Shown in pieces: positions 40,201 through 43,200 of a DNA stretch of 64,000 bases (position 1 is the stretch's first letter; the number at the start of each line of letters is the position of its first letter). Location: the NCBI GenBank assembly GCA_965263285.1, contig CBDHHD010000016.1, forward strand, positions 2,005,859 to 2,069,858. The letters run 5' to 3'. Made by a program: the position numbers and the translations under genes. The DNA comes from Chitinophagaceae bacterium (GTDB lineage Bacteria > Bacteroidota > Bacteroidia > Chitinophagales > Chitinophagaceae). The notes under the pieces were generated by a model. It did no database searches, was not told the origin of the DNA, and worked only from the letters and a program-made list of their open reading frames with translations.

Positions 40201-43200
40201 AATTAGAGATAGAAAAATTGAAGATAGCGATAGAAAAAGTTGTTGAACACCATGATGCATTCAGACTTACCTATAGAAAAGATGCAGAAGGAAATATTAT
40301 TCAATATTATGATAGTAAGAAAGAAGCGATACCATTAGATGTTCTTGATATTAGCGAATGGAATGTGCAAGAAGGAACTGTTGTATTTGAAGAGAAATTA
40401 AAAAAGCAATACACGAGTTGGCAAGATAGTTTTAACATCTACGAGAGGAAGACTTATCAAATAGCTTATATTCATGGCTATAAAAATAAGACAGCGAGAA
40501 TATTTATTGCTGCACATCATCTTATTATTGATGCAGTGAGTTGGCGTATTTTGTTGGAAGATATAGAAACAGTGTATGCAGGCAAGAAGCTATTAGCTAA
40601 ACGAACCAGCTATCGCCAATGGGTAAATATAGGGAAAGATTATGTCGCACATTATCCCAATGAATTAAGTTATTGGGAAGGTGTAGAGAAGAAAGTGCAA
40701 GAGAATATTGCAAAATTATCATCAAAGATTACTATACAAGAAGAGAGCTATTTTACAATTATTACAATAGATAGAGATATAACTAATTATCTATTGCTAT
40801 CTTCGAATCAAGTATTTTATACAGAGATAAACAATTTGTTATTAACTGCCTTAGCAAGAGCCTTAGGAAAGTTATTTAATGAGCAGGAGGTATCTATTCT
40901 ATTAGAAGGTCATGGGAGAGAGTCGTTACAAGACGATATAGATATTTCTAAGACAATGGGCTGGTTTACGAGTATTATACCTATTCATTTGCCTATATAT
41001 GATAATGTGCAAGAGTCAATTATTGAAGTAAAGGAGGAGTTGAGAAGAATTCCCAATAAAGGCATTGGTTATGGATTTATAAGAGGCTATAAGCATTTGC
41101 CAAAGATTAGCTTTAACTACTTGGGAGTATTTAAGAAAGAAGAGCAACAAGATTGGTTTTTAACAAACGAATCAAGTGGGATATCGGTATCTAATAAAAA
41201 TAAAAGCAATCTTTGGTTAGATATCAATGGGGGAGTGGGTGTAAATGGTGTTTTGGTATTTTCAATACGAGGAAGGCTGACTAAGGAATATATAGATAAT
41301 CTTTCAATATATTTTAAGCAAGAAATGATTGTTATTACTAATTATATTCAGTCAGTCAATCGTTCTTATCTTACTCCAAGTGATACGCATTATATAGTAA
41401 GCAAGGACTTGCTCAATAGATTGCAACAAGAAAATGAGATACAAGCCATTTATGTAGCCAATAGTTTACAAGCAGGATTCATCTATCATTATTTGAGTAA
41501 GTCTAAAGGAGACGATGCGTATAAAGTTCAGTTATTGTGGAAATATAAAAGCCAAGTGAATGAGGATTATTTTATTCAGTCATGGCAACAAGCCTTAGAT
41601 CGTTATCCTGGGTTAAGAGTTCGGTTTAATTGGGAAGAAGAGATAGTGCAGATTATAGATAAGAAGATAACATTAGATTATCGATTTAGAGATATTCAGC
41701 ATAAGAGAAATAAAGAAAAAGCGATAGAGACTATTAGAATAGAAGATAGGAAAGAGGACTATGATTTAGCAAAGGGTAATTTATTAAGGGTTTATTTGAT
41801 AAAAGTAGATAAAGAAGAGTTTGTAGTTTTATATAGTAATCATCATGTAATCAGTGATGGATGGAGTAATCCTAATTTATTAAATTATATTCATGAAGTT
41901 TATAACAGTTTAATAAACCAAAATACACCAGTTGAACTATTAGAGGATCAAGCCTATTTGAGGGCACAAGAATATTTGCAAGTAAAAAGTAAAAAGGATA
42001 CACATGATAGATGGTGGGTAGATTATCTATCCGGTGTAGAAAGAACGATAGAAGTAAGGGGATTGAGAAAGCAAGAGGCGAACGGTATTAATCTGTTAGA
42101 CTACAAATTTATTCAAGAACCCATCTCAAAAGGGGTTAAGATAAGAGATAAGGAATACAGAGCTTTGTCAAGTTTTATTAAACAAGAAGGACTTACCTGG
42201 AGTAATTTAATCATGTGGTGTTGGAGCAAGGCATTAAGTGTATATGACAATAGGAATGAGAACATTATTGGTATAACACTTTCAGGCAGAAGCTTGCTAA
42301 TTAATGATATAGAGCAATCGGTAGGCTTGTATATCAACACACTACCCTTGGTAGTGCGACATGATTCTAATGAGAGCATATTAAATATATTAAAGAATAT
42401 TCAGAAAGATACGGAGCAATTAAATCAGTTGACACATACTAACTTAAGTAGTTTAAATAGTAATACTTTAGATCGTTTATTTGCAACAATGGTAGTGTAC
42501 GAGAATTATCCGATACCTATTAAGAAAGACAATCAAGAAGCTAATACATTAACACCTATATTTTTATCATCAGTAGAAAAGACAGATTATCCATTGACTG
42601 TATTGACTTATGAGAAAGATAGTGTGCTTAGTGTAGAAATCAAATATGCGGGCGAGTTGTTTGAGGAGAAGCAAATAGAAAGGCTATTAAAATTAATGTC
42701 TTTGCTATTGCAACAAATCCCTATTTGTTACAATAAATTAGAACAAGAACTTAGATTAATAGATAATGAAGAATACAATTATCTTGTATACGATTATAAT
42801 AAAACAGAAAAAGAATACCCCAAAGACAAAACCATACATCAGTTATTTGAGGAGCAAGTGGCACGAACGCCGAATAATATAGCGGTGATATTTGAGGATA
42901 AAAAATTAACTTATCAAGAGTTAAATGACAAAGCTAATCAGCTAGCACATTATTTGCATCACAATTATGATACTAAAGCAGACGATATTATTTGTTTATT
43001 ATTGGAGCGAAGCGAATGGATGATTATTGCTATTTTAGGAGTGCTTAAGAGTGGAGCAGCTTATTGTCCTATCTCACCCGAATATCCTAATGAGAGAGTT
43101 TTATTTATTTTACAAGATACTCAGCCTAAGTGTTTAATTACAAATTGCAGATTGAAAATTGAAAATGTTCAGTTGCCGATTGTTAATGTAATAGATGAAC